Assembly: GCA_035695125.1 (NCBI GenBank)
Contig: DASSEU010000025.1
Location: 113,526 to 177,525 of the forward strand
From: Acidimicrobiales bacterium
GTDB taxonomy: Bacteria > Actinomycetota > Acidimicrobiia > Acidimicrobiales > JAJPHE01
Reading direction: 5' to 3'
Length of the DNA stretch: 64,000 bases
The notes under the pieces were generated by a model, which was given only the letters and a program-made list of their open reading frames with translations, was not told the DNA's origin and made no database searches. Within the stretch, counting starts at the first letter, position 1; each line of letters opens with the position of its first letter. Below, piece by piece: positions 9,477-18,024 of this stretch. Made by a program: the position numbers and the translations under genes.

Positions 9477-10208
9477 ATGGCCGACTTAGCTGTGGCTAAG
9501 GCGGAAGCCGCGTTGGGGGACGAGGGGACGGGGGCGGGACACCCGGCCCCTTCGCCGGCTGCGTCCCGCTACCTCGAGGCCATCTACTACCTGTCCCACG
9601 AGGGCCAGGAGGTCAGGCCCGGCCGGCTGGCGGAGTGGATGGGGGTCAGCGCCCCGACCGTGAGCGTGGGGATCCAGCGGCTCGTGCGCGACGGCCTGGT
9701 GGCGGTGGGCCCGGGCCGGACGGTCGCCTTCACCGGGGAGGGGGAGCGGGCCGCCACCGCGGTCGTGCGCCGGCACCGGGTCGTCGAGTGCTGGCTGACC
9801 GACGAGCTGGGCTTCGACTGGGTGACCGCCGACGCCGAGGCGGAGCGGGTGGCCCACTCGCTCTCGGACGTCGTGCTCGAGCGGCTGTACGAGAAGCTGG
9901 GCCAGCCCGCCACGTGCCCGCACGGGAACCAGATCCCCGGCGCCCGCCAGGACCGGCGCCAGCTGGTGAGCCTGGTGGCGCTGGGCCCGGGCTCCCCGGC
10001 CCGGGTGGCCCGGATCTCCGAGCTGGCCGAGCACGACTCCCCCCAGGTCCTGGGCCTGCTCGACAGCGAGGGCGTGGTGCCGGGCGCCGAGCTGGCCGTC
10101 GAGGCGGGGACCGGTGACCCCGGGGTGGTGGTGGTGAGCGTGGAGGGCAGGCACGTGGCGCTGAGCCGGTCGACCGCCGCCGCCGTATGGGTGGAGCCGG
10201 CGGTATAG
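9477..10208 (+). CDS. DtxR/IdeR/MntR-family metal-dependent transcriptional regulator
   Basis: Winged-helix N-terminus (YLEAIYYL...RLAEWMGVSAPTVSVGIQRLVRDGLV), a dimerisation/metal-binding domain, and a C-terminal SH3/FeoA-like domain. Confidence 0.88.
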   Translation: MADLAVAKAEAALGDEGTGAGHPAPSPAASRYLEAIYYLSHEGQEVRPGRLAEWMGVSAPTVSVGIQRLVRDGLVAVGPGRTVAFTGEGERAATAVVRRHRVVECWLTDELGFDWVTADAEAERVAHSLSDVVLERLYEKLGQPATCPHGNQIPGARQDRRQLVSLVALGPGSPARVARISELAEHDSPQVLGLLDSEGVVPGAELAVEAGTGDPGVVVVSVEGRHVALSRSTAAAVWVEPAV

Positions 10209-10242
10209 GCGCCCCGGTGCCGGCCCCGTAGGCTGTCCCGCC

Positions 10243-12039
10243 GTGCCCGACCCCCTCGCCGAGCCGTTCGACCAGCTGCCGTTCGGAGGTCCCGACAAGG
10301 CCCGCCGCTACGACACCGGGCGCTACCAGGGCGCGGTGGGCCTCAACTGGTACAGCTGCGATCCGACCCTGCAGTTCCTGATGCGGGCCCACGTGGGCGG
10401 GCCCGGCATGGACTGGGCCCGGCCCCGCCTGGAGGCGGTGGGGGCGCTGATGGGTGGCCCGGTGGCGGAGCGGGCCGAGGAGACCGACCGCAACCCGCCC
10501 CGGCTCGACAAGTACGACCGCTGGGGCCGGGACGTGAGCCGGGTGGTCGTGCCCGACAGCTTCGCCCGGTCCAAGGCGGAGCTGTTGGAGAACAGCTTCT
10601 CCTCGCCCGCTTTCCGTGAGGAGGCCCGGGCCGCCGGGGTGAACCCGGCCCCGCTGGCGGCGGCGTGGAGCTATCTGCTCAACCAGGCCGAGATCGGCAT
10701 GACCTGCGCCCTGGGGACCGGTGGCGACATGGTCGTGCGGCTGGCCGAGGAGTTCGCTCCCGACGAGATCAAGGCCCGGGTCAGGGAGCTGGTGGGCGGG
10801 AACGACCTCGGGGGGGAGGCCGCCCAGATGCTCACCGAGCGCACGGGCGGCTCGGACCTGGCCGCCCTGGAGACGACCGCCACCCCCGCCGGGGACGCGT
10901 GGCTGCTCAACGGCTTCAAGTGGTTCGCGTCGAATGCCAACGGGTCGGCCTTCGTAGTGCTGGCCAAGCCGGAGGGCGCCCCGGACGGCACGCGGGGCAT
11001 AGCCCCGTTCCTGGTGCTCTGGGAGCGGCGGGACGGTTCCCGCAACGGGATGCGGATCCGGCGCCTCAAGGACAAGCTCGGCACCAGGGCGGTGGCGTCG
11101 GCCGAGGTCGAGTTCGTCGACGCCGAGGCGTTCCTCCTGGCACCGGCGCCGTCTGTGGACGCGGGGGCATCCGGGCCGGGCCGGGCCGCCGCGGCCGGGG
11201 ACGGGCGGGGCCTGGCCCGCATGATGGAGCTCACCAACGGGGCCCGCCTCGGGATCGCGATGATGGGCCTGGGCTGCGCCCGCCGCTCGCTCGTCGAGTC
11301 CCTCTGCTACGCCCGGGCCCGGGAGGCCTTCGGCGCCGCCCTCATCGACCAGCCTCTGGCCCAGCGCAAGCTGGCCGAGCTGATCGTCGAGGTGGAGGCG
11401 GCCCAGGCTCTCGTGTTCGACGGCTACCTCGGTCCCCGGCTCCGGCTGGGCGCGCCTCTTATCAAGCTGCGCGCCGCGCGCCTCGGCATCACCGCCGCCA
11501 GCGACGCAATCGAGATCCACGGGGGCAACGGGTACATCGAGCAGTGGCCCGTGGCGCGCGTCCTGCGCGACGCCCAGGTCAACACGATCTGGGAGGGGCC
11601 GGACAACATCCTCTGCCTCGATGTGCGCCGCGCCATGCAGAAACAAGAGGCGCACGTGCCGTTCCTGGCCCGGGTACGCGACGCGCTCGGTGCGGCTCCG
11701 GCCGACGACCCCGCCACCGCCGAGCTGGTCGCGGGCGCGGTCGACCGGGTGGAGGAGGCCATCACCCGCTGGGAACAGCTCGATCCGGTCGTGGGCGAAG
11801 CCCGGCTGTTCGCTCTGGCGCAGCACATGGTGGACATCTACGCCGCCGCCCTGCTCCTGGAGCAGGCGGGGCGGGAGCGGGAGCTGGACGGCGGGAGCCG
11901 GAAGTCACTCGTGGCCCGGCTGTACGCCCGTGGCCACCTGGCCCGCTCCGACGCCGTCGACGCCATCGCGGCGCCGGCCGAGGAGCTGGAGCGCTTCAAG
12001 GAGCTGGTGGACGGCACCCTCGTGGACCCCCGGCGCTGA
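10243..12039 (+). CDS. AidB-like acyl-CoA dehydrogenase family protein
   Basis: 598 aa. It has the N-terminal AidB-type extension (DRNPPRLDKYDRWGRDV) plus ACAD middle and C-terminal domains (IEIHGGNGYIE, RDAQVNTIWEG). Confidence 0.8.
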   Translation: MPDPLAEPFDQLPFGGPDKARRYDTGRYQGAVGLNWYSCDPTLQFLMRAHVGGPGMDWARPRLEAVGALMGGPVAERAEETDRNPPRLDKYDRWGRDVSRVVVPDSFARSKAELLENSFSSPAFREEARAAGVNPAPLAAAWSYLLNQAEIGMTCALGTGGDMVVRLAEEFAPDEIKARVRELVGGNDLGGEAAQMLTERTGGSDLAALETTATPAGDAWLLNGFKWFASNANGSAFVVLAKPEGAPDGTRGIAPFLVLWERRDGSRNGMRIRRLKDKLGTRAVASAEVEFVDAEAFLLAPAPSVDAGASGPGRAAAAGDGRGLARMMELTNGARLGIAMMGLGCARRSLVESLCYARAREAFGAALIDQPLAQRKLAELIVEVEAAQALVFDGYLGPRLRLGAPLIKLRAARLGITAASDAIEIHGGNGYIEQWPVARVLRDAQVNTIWEGPDNILCLDVRRAMQKQEAHVPFLARVRDALGAAPADDPATAELVAGAVDRVEEAITRWEQLDPVVGEARLFALAQHMVDIYAAALLLEQAGRERELDGGSRKSLVARLYARGHLARSDAVDAIAAPAEELERFKELVDGTLVDPRR

Positions 12040-12049
12040 GCGGCGCGCC

Positions 12050-12733
12050 TTGAGCACCGTCTCCCGCCGCCTGACCGGCTCGTTCGGCCTGGTGTTCGTG
12101 CTGGCCCTGGCCGGCTCGCTGGCGGCGGCCGAGGGGGCGCCCGGGACGGACAGCACCGGCTTTGCCGTCGAGCTGTACGTCGTGCACCACTACCACTCGC
12201 TCCAGGCGAGCGTGGCCCTGGCGGCGGTGGCGGTGGTGTTCCTGGCCCTGTTCTCCGGGGGGGTGGCCACCCATCTGCGGCGGGCCGACGAGGCGACCGG
12301 GGACCCGTGGGCGCCGGTGTTCGTGGTGGGGGCGGCGGGAACGGCGGTGCTGCTGATCGCGGCGGTGACGATCCAGGGCGCCTACCAGGAGATGTCGCAC
12401 TCCGGGTCCGTCCCGGAGCAGGTGCAGGGCCTGTTCCGGGTGGGCAACGGGCTGCTGGCCGCGTCGGGGCTGTTCATCGCCGTGCTGCTGGCCGCGGCCG
12501 GGACCTCGGGGCTGCTCAACGGATCGATCCCGGTGCCGCTGTCGTGGCTGGGGCTGTTCACGGCCCTGGTGGGACTGGTCAGCGCCGGGGGCCTGGGCAC
12601 CACCCGCAACGCCTTCGGCACCCTGGAGCTGGTGACGCTGATCCTGCTCGAGGTGTGGTCGCTGGGGATGAGCCTGTGGTTCGTGATGGCGCCGGAGCCG
12701 GGGAGGCCAAGGGAAATGAGCACGGAGGGATGA
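12050..12733 (+). CDS. Hypothetical integral membrane protein (about 6 TM)
   Basis: TTG start 11 nt after the ACAD stop. The product is hydrophobic-helix rich with good GC3 bias. Its stop overlaps the P450 start (ATGA). Confidence 0.55.
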   Translation: MSTVSRRLTGSFGLVFVLALAGSLAAAEGAPGTDSTGFAVELYVVHHYHSLQASVALAAVAVVFLALFSGGVATHLRRADEATGDPWAPVFVVGAAGTAVLLIAAVTIQGAYQEMSHSGSVPEQVQGLFRVGNGLLAASGLFIAVLLAAAGTSGLLNGSIPVPLSWLGLFTALVGLVSAGGLGTTRNAFGTLELVTLILLEVWSLGMSLWFVMAPEPGRPREMSTEG

Positions 12734-13953
12734 GCCAGGCCGAGACCATGTCGGTGCTCGAGATGATCAAGGACCCCGCGGTCCGGGCCGACCCGTACCC
12801 GACCTACGCCCGGGTCCAGGCGGCGGGACCGCTCATCCCGACACCGTTCGGCGGGTTCATCCTGACCCGCCACGCCGAGGTGTTCTCGGTGCTGCGCGAC
12901 GCCCGGTTCAGCAGCAACTCGCGGCACCAGGCCGGCTACCCGCAGTTCGTCGAGCTGGCCAAGCAGGTGGGCCTCGGGGACGTGCGCGAGCTGTTCGAGC
13001 GGGTCATGCTCTTTGCCGACCCGCCCGACCACACCCGGCTGCGCCGGATCGTCAACAAGGCGTTCACGGCCCGGGCGGTCGAGGAGATGCGGCCGCGCAT
13101 AGCCGCCATCGTCGACGAGATGCTCGACGCCGTGGCGTCCGACGGAGGCGCCGACCTGGTGGAGGCGCTGGCGTTCCCGCTGCCCGTGACCGTCATCAGC
13201 GAGATGCTCGGGGTGCCGCTGGAGGACCACGGGCAGCTGCGGGGCTGGACGGCCGAGGCGGTGAAGGCGCTCGACCCGTCCGACGACATCATGGTCCTGT
13301 TCCCGGCGGCCCAGGCCATGCGCGAGATGCGCGTCTACTTCGACGATCTCGTGGAGCGGCGGCGCCGGGACCCGGGGCCCGACCTGCTGAGCGCCCTGAT
13401 AGCCGCCGAGGACGAGGGTGACCGGCTCAGCCGCGACGAGCTGCTCGACACCGCCATCCTTCTCTACGGCGCCGGCCACGAGACCACCGTCAACCTCATA
13501 GCCGGCGGGGCCCTGAACCTGCTGCGCCATCCCGCCGAGCTCGACCGCCTCAGGGACGATCCGGGGCTGATCACCGGCGCCGTCGAGGAGCTGCTGCGCT
13601 TCGGCCCACCGGTGCAGCTGACGGCCCGCATAGCCACCGAGGACGTCGAGCTGGCGGGTCAGCCCCTGGCCAAGGGGACCGAGGTGGTGGCGCTGATCGC
13701 GGCGGCCAACCGCGACGCCGACGTGTTCCCCGACCCCGACCGCCTCGACATCGGCCGGACCGACAACCGGCACCTGGCCTTCGGGGGCGGGATCCACCAC
13801 TGCCTGGGGGCGCCGCTGGCCCGGATCGAGGCCCAGGAGGCCCTGGGCCGGCTCGTCCGGCGCTTTTCCGACCTGGCCCTGGCCGACGAGGAGATCGAGT
13901 GGAAGCCGACCACCACCATCCGGGGCCCCGCCCGGCTGCGGCTGGAGTGGTAG
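12730..13953 (+). CDS. Cytochrome P450
   Basis: Heme-thiolate loop FGGGIHHCLGAPLA, I-helix AGHETT and ExxR (EELLRF). The ATG overlaps the upstream stop. Confidence 0.93.
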   Translation: MSQAETMSVLEMIKDPAVRADPYPTYARVQAAGPLIPTPFGGFILTRHAEVFSVLRDARFSSNSRHQAGYPQFVELAKQVGLGDVRELFERVMLFADPPDHTRLRRIVNKAFTARAVEEMRPRIAAIVDEMLDAVASDGGADLVEALAFPLPVTVISEMLGVPLEDHGQLRGWTAEAVKALDPSDDIMVLFPAAQAMREMRVYFDDLVERRRRDPGPDLLSALIAAEDEGDRLSRDELLDTAILLYGAGHETTVNLIAGGALNLLRHPAELDRLRDDPGLITGAVEELLRFGPPVQLTARIATEDVELAGQPLAKGTEVVALIAAANRDADVFPDPDRLDIGRTDNRHLAFGGGIHHCLGAPLARIEAQEALGRLVRRFSDLALADEEIEWKPTTTIRGPARLRLEW

Positions 13954-13968
13954 CCGGGCCCGCCGGCC

Positions 13969-15276
13969 TCAGGGCGGGGCGCTCTCGCTGAGCTCGGCGG
14001 TCGCCTGGCCCACCGCCTCGACCGCGGCCAGGGACGGGCCAGCCTCCCGCTCCTCGACGTCGGACCTGGCCCGCCACAGCTCCGGGACGCGCCACAGGAG
14101 CAGGCCCACCCCGGCAATGCACGCCAGGCCCCCCGACCAGACCGCGAACTGGGGGCCACCCAGGCGGGCGGCAATCCCCGCCTCCACGTCCCCGACCCGG
14201 GGGCCGCCGGCCACCACTGCGAAGTACACGCCCGCCAGGCGCCCCTGCAGGTGGTCGGGCACGCTCGCCTGCAGGATCGACGAGCGGAACACCGCCGAGA
14301 CCAGATCGGACGCGCCCGCCACGGCCAGGAGGGCCACCCCGAGCCACAGCACCCGGACCACACCGAACAGCGCCACCGCCGCTCCCCATCCGACGACGGC
14401 TATCACCACGGCCCGGCCCTGGTGCCGCACCCTTCCCACCCACCCGCTGAGCAGAGAGCCGACGAGCCCGCCGATACCGGGAGCGGCGTAGAGCACGCCG
14501 AGGATGCCCGGGCCCCCGTGGTAGAAGCCGGTGGCCATGGCGGGGAACACGGCCCGGGGCATCCCGAAGATCATGGCGTCGAGGTCGATCAGGAACGTCG
14601 ACGCCAGCAGCTTCTGGCCCCGCAGGTAGCGGAAGCCGTCGGCCAGGGAGCGCATGCCGGCGCGGGTGCCGCCCCCCGCGGGCGGCAGCGGGGGCAGGAG
14701 GGCGGTGGCGAACAGGGACATGCAGAAGCTGCCGACGTCGATGAGGTACACGGTGCCGAGGCCGGCGGCGGACACGAGAACGCCGGCCAGGGCCGGCCCG
14801 ACGACGAAGGCCCACTGCACCGCCATCGTCTGCAGCGCCACCGCCCCGGTCAGGTCGGAGGCGGGCACGACCATGGTGGTGGCCGCCCTCCGGGCCGGGT
14901 TGTTGGTCCCCTGGAAGAGGGCGGACGCCGCCGTGCAGACGAACAGGGGCCACAGCCGGGGACGGGACAGGAAGGCGTTGGCGCCGAGGCCGGCGCTGCA
15001 GAGCGCCATGCACACCTGGCTCACCACCAGGACCCGGCGGCGGTCGGTGGCGTCGATGACCGAGCCTCCGGCCAGCGAGCCCGCCATCAACGGGCCCAGC
15101 TGCACGAGGCTGACCAGTCCCACGTCGAGCGTGGAGTGGGTGAGCCGGTACACCTGGTACGAGACGGCGACCACGGTGAGCTGACCGCCCATGCCGGACA
15201 CCAGCTGGCCCGTCCAGATCAGACGGAACGCCCGGTGCCGGCGCAGCGGCCCGAGGTCGGCCACCAGACCGCCCAT
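13969..15276 (-). CDS. MFS transporter (EntS/DHA3-like)
   Basis: Twelve predicted TM helices and a typical N-terminus RAFRLIWTGQLVSGMGGQL. Start taken at the internal ATG (MGGLVADLG). Confidence 0.85.
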   Translation of the reverse strand: MGGLVADLGPLRRHRAFRLIWTGQLVSGMGGQLTVVAVSYQVYRLTHSTLDVGLVSLVQLGPLMAGSLAGGSVIDATDRRRVLVVSQVCMALCSAGLGANAFLSRPRLWPLFVCTAASALFQGTNNPARRAATTMVVPASDLTGAVALQTMAVQWAFVVGPALAGVLVSAAGLGTVYLIDVGSFCMSLFATALLPPLPPAGGGTRAGMRSLADGFRYLRGQKLLASTFLIDLDAMIFGMPRAVFPAMATGFYHGGPGILGVLYAAPGIGGLVGSLLSGWVGRVRHQGRAVVIAVVGWGAAVALFGVVRVLWLGVALLAVAGASDLVSAVFRSSILQASVPDHLQGRLAGVYFAVVAGGPRVGDVEAGIAARLGGPQFAVWSGGLACIAGVGLLLWRVPELWRARSDVEEREAGPSLAAVEAVGQATAELSESAPP

Positions 15277-15343
15277 CGGGGCACCGTACCAACGGTGCCC
15301 GGCCTGTCCGGACCCCGGGTGGTCGGGTCCGGGCCGTGGCAGG

Positions 15344-15778
15344 ATGACCGCGGTGGAGGCGTGGGAGCTGGAGGCTCGCGAGGAGCTGCACGAGCTGCTG
15401 GCCACGTACTACCGGTTGGGGGACGGCGGACGGATCGAGGAGCAGGCCGCCCTGTTCGAGCCCGACGGCGTCGTCGAGCTGCACGGGCGGGGGGAGTTCG
15501 TCGGACGCGACGCCATCATCGGTGCCTACCGGGGCCTCAACGAGAACCACGTCTCGGACCCCGCCGTCACCTACATCCGCCACTTCTCCTCGAACTACAC
15601 GCTCGAGGTGGCCAGCCCGTCCGAGGCGACCGGGGAGGGCTACTGGCTGCTGCTCGACAACCGCGGGTTGGCGAGCTGGGGTCGGTGCCGGGACTCGTAC
15701 CGGCGCGTCGACGGCGGGCCGTGGCGCTTCTCCCACCGGCTGGTCCGCACCGATCCCCGCGTCGAGCCGCCGGGCTGA
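15344..15778 (+). CDS. SnoaL-like / NTF2-fold protein
   Basis: 144 aa with the pattern ELHELLATYYRLGDGGRIEEQAALFEPDGV..., typical of SnoaL_4 domains. Confidence 0.65.
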   Translation: MTAVEAWELEAREELHELLATYYRLGDGGRIEEQAALFEPDGVVELHGRGEFVGRDAIIGAYRGLNENHVSDPAVTYIRHFSSNYTLEVASPSEATGEGYWLLLDNRGLASWGRCRDSYRRVDGGPWRFSHRLVRTDPRVEPPG

Positions 15779-15809
15779 GACAGCGTCTCCGCCGCGCCAC
15801 CCGGCGCGG

Positions 15810-17870
15810 TCAGCGGGCGTCGACGGCCATGGCCGCCACCGGGCCGCCCCGGTGCACCGACGCGGCCGAGCCGAAGAACCGGGCGTTCCCGAACGTGAAC
15901 ACTCCTCCGTCCGCCGAGACGAGCCAGTACCCCCCGCCGTCGGGCGAAGCGGCCCCACCGAGCACCGGGGGCCCGATCGGCCCGCCGGCGGCGCTGCCGT
16001 GGAAGCCGGCGTCACCCAGGCAGAAGACGCCGCCGTCGGACGAGACCAGCCAGTACCCGTTCCCGCTCGGTGTCGGCACCAGGTCGAACACCGCCTGGAG
16101 CAGCGGACCGGCCCGCGTGCTGAGCGGGGCGGCGTCTCCGAACGACAGCACGTGGCCGTCGGACAGGGCCATCCAGTAGCCGAGGCCGTCGGGGGTGGGG
16201 CCGAGGGCCATGGCCGCCTGGCCGGGGAGCTTCCCCGCCGCGCTGCCCAGGAAGGGGGCGTCCCCGAAGCTGAACACGCCGCCGTCCGACGAGAGGAGCC
16301 AGTACCCGCCGCCATCGGGCGTGGCGGCCATGCCGATCACCGGTGCCGCCAGGTGGGCGCCGGCGGCGCTGCCGTAGAAGCCGGCGTCCCCGAAGCTGAA
16401 CACGCCGCCGTCGGAGGAGACCAGCCAGTAGCCGGCGCCGTCGGGATCGGAGGCCATGGCCTCGATCGGGGCGGAGAGGGGGCGCCCGGCGGCGCTGCCG
16501 TAGAAGCCGGCGGCCCCGAAGGTGTAGACGCCGCCGTCCCGGCCCGCCTCCCAGTAGCCGCGCTGCGGAGCAGCGGGCACGTCGGTCAGAGACGGGCGCC
16601 AGGTGGCGCCCGAGTCGGAGGTGGCGTCCACGGCCCCCCCGATGCCGGTGTCGGATGTAACGCCGAGGCCCACGGCATAGGCGCCGGCGCCTCCGCCGGT
16701 CGCCACGCCGACCAGCCCGAGCGTCGACACCGGTACGGGGCGGGCCGTCCATCCCGACGATCCGTGGGCGTACACGACGCCGGCGGAGCCGGCCGGACCG
16801 TCTCCGAGGCCGACGGCGTAGGCGTCCGGTGATCCGCCCGGGACCGTCGCGACCGCCGACATGATCACGCTGCCCGGCGGTGTGACGTCGACGCTCCACG
16901 TCCGGCCGCCGTCCGAGGTGGACACCACGGTCCCGGTCGGGTTGCCGCCTCCACCGGCCCCGACCCCGACGGCGTAGCCCCGGGTGGGGGAGGAGAACGA
17001 CACCCCGAACAGCAGGAGGACGAAGCCGGGAACGGTCTGGTCGGTCCAGGTCTGTCCCCCGTCGGCGCTGTGGACGGCCAGGGGACCGGTGGGGTCCCCG
17101 GACTGCGGATCGGCGGCGGTGCCGACGGCCCACATCTGGGAGCCCGTAACCGACACGCCGCTCAGGACGCCGTAGTCGGAGGGGTCCGACTCGGACCAGC
17201 TCCCGCCGGCGTCGGTCGTGCGCAGCGCGAGGGGGCGGAGGCGTCCGGATCCGTCCAGGCGGCCCCCGACCGCCCAGCCCCCGCCGCCGGTGTCGAAGCC
17301 GACCGCTTCCAGCTGGGACGGCTCGGCGAGCGACAGCTGGCGGGACCAGTGGGCGCCCCCGTCCACGGTGCGCAGCACGAGGGCCCGGGCGCCGGCGGCG
17401 CCGGCCCCTACCGCCTCGGCCCCCACCGCCCACCCGTGGCGCGAGTCGGTGAAGGCCACTCCGGTGAGCTCGGTGGTCCCCGCCGGCAGCTGTTGGCGGG
17501 TCCACGTGCGGCCGGCGTCCCCCGTCGCCAGCATCACGCCCCGCCCGTCCTGGAAGCCGGCCACCCATCCGGTGGTGGGGGACACGAACGACGCCGCGCC
17601 CAGCGCCCCGCGGGGAGCGGTCACGTCGGTCTGGGCGGTCAGCCGGGCGGCGTAGGCCGAGACCGACAGGTGCCGGAGGGGCAGCAGAGGTCTGTCGAGA
17701 CCCAGAGCGGCCCGGACGGCGGTGGCCGGCGACGGCCGGGCGCCACCGGCGTCGTCCGGCGTCCGCGCCCCGGCCGGCCCCGAACCGGCAACCACGAGGG
17801 CGGCTGCCAGCACGGCACCACCCGTCATGGTCAGTGCCCTCCTGACCACACGAAGGGCGCGCCGGGGCAT
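15810..17870 (-). CDS. Secreted two-propeller protein: six BNR/Asp-box repeats plus six GYWLV.SDGGVF.FGDA.F.GS repeats
   Basis: Signal peptide MPRRALRVVRRALTMTGGAVLAAALVVAGSGPAGA. Six S/T-x-D-x-G-x-(T/H/S)-W boxes are followed by six ~41-aa C-terminal repeats. Start candidates are 17882, 17870 and 17828. Confidence 0.8.
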   Translation of the reverse strand: MPRRALRVVRRALTMTGGAVLAAALVVAGSGPAGARTPDDAGGARPSPATAVRAALGLDRPLLPLRHLSVSAYAARLTAQTDVTAPRGALGAASFVSPTTGWVAGFQDGRGVMLATGDAGRTWTRQQLPAGTTELTGVAFTDSRHGWAVGAEAVGAGAAGARALVLRTVDGGAHWSRQLSLAEPSQLEAVGFDTGGGGWAVGGRLDGSGRLRPLALRTTDAGGSWSESDPSDYGVLSGVSVTGSQMWAVGTAADPQSGDPTGPLAVHSADGGQTWTDQTVPGFVLLLFGVSFSSPTRGYAVGVGAGGGGNPTGTVVSTSDGGRTWSVDVTPPGSVIMSAVATVPGGSPDAYAVGLGDGPAGSAGVVYAHGSSGWTARPVPVSTLGLVGVATGGGAGAYAVGLGVTSDTGIGGAVDATSDSGATWRPSLTDVPAAPQRGYWEAGRDGGVYTFGAAGFYGSAAGRPLSAPIEAMASDPDGAGYWLVSSDGGVFSFGDAGFYGSAAGAHLAAPVIGMAATPDGGGYWLLSSDGGVFSFGDAPFLGSAAGKLPGQAAMALGPTPDGLGYWMALSDGHVLSFGDAAPLSTRAGPLLQAVFDLVPTPSGNGYWLVSSDGGVFCLGDAGFHGSAAGGPIGPPVLGGAASPDGGGYWLVSADGGVFTFGNARFFGSAASVHRGGPVAAMAVDAR
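15813..16565 (-). repeat. Six tandem ~123-bp coding repeats (GYWLVSSDGGVFSFGDAGFYGSAAG unit)
   Basis: The peptide unit recurs six times back-to-back in the C-terminal 250 aa of the 15810..17870 product. Confidence 0.85.
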
Positions 17871-18024
17871 TTCGGGGCGCATCCGCCTGTATCGGCACCG
17901 CCCGGGGGGCCCTTGACGCGGGGACGGGAAGGGTCTTTCGGCCCTGCTCGGCCCGATCGCCTGTCCGTACCGTCGGATCCGAGGTCCGAACCGGCGCCCG
18001 TCGCGTCGGTGGGAGGTGGTTGAC

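Noticed and set aside
17871-18024. Searched the divergent spacer between the propeller gene and the surface-protein gene for a promoter. A TTGACG hexamer is present at ~17913.
   Set aside because: No acceptable -10 (TAnnnT) lies at 16-19 nt spacing, so no promoter call is made.
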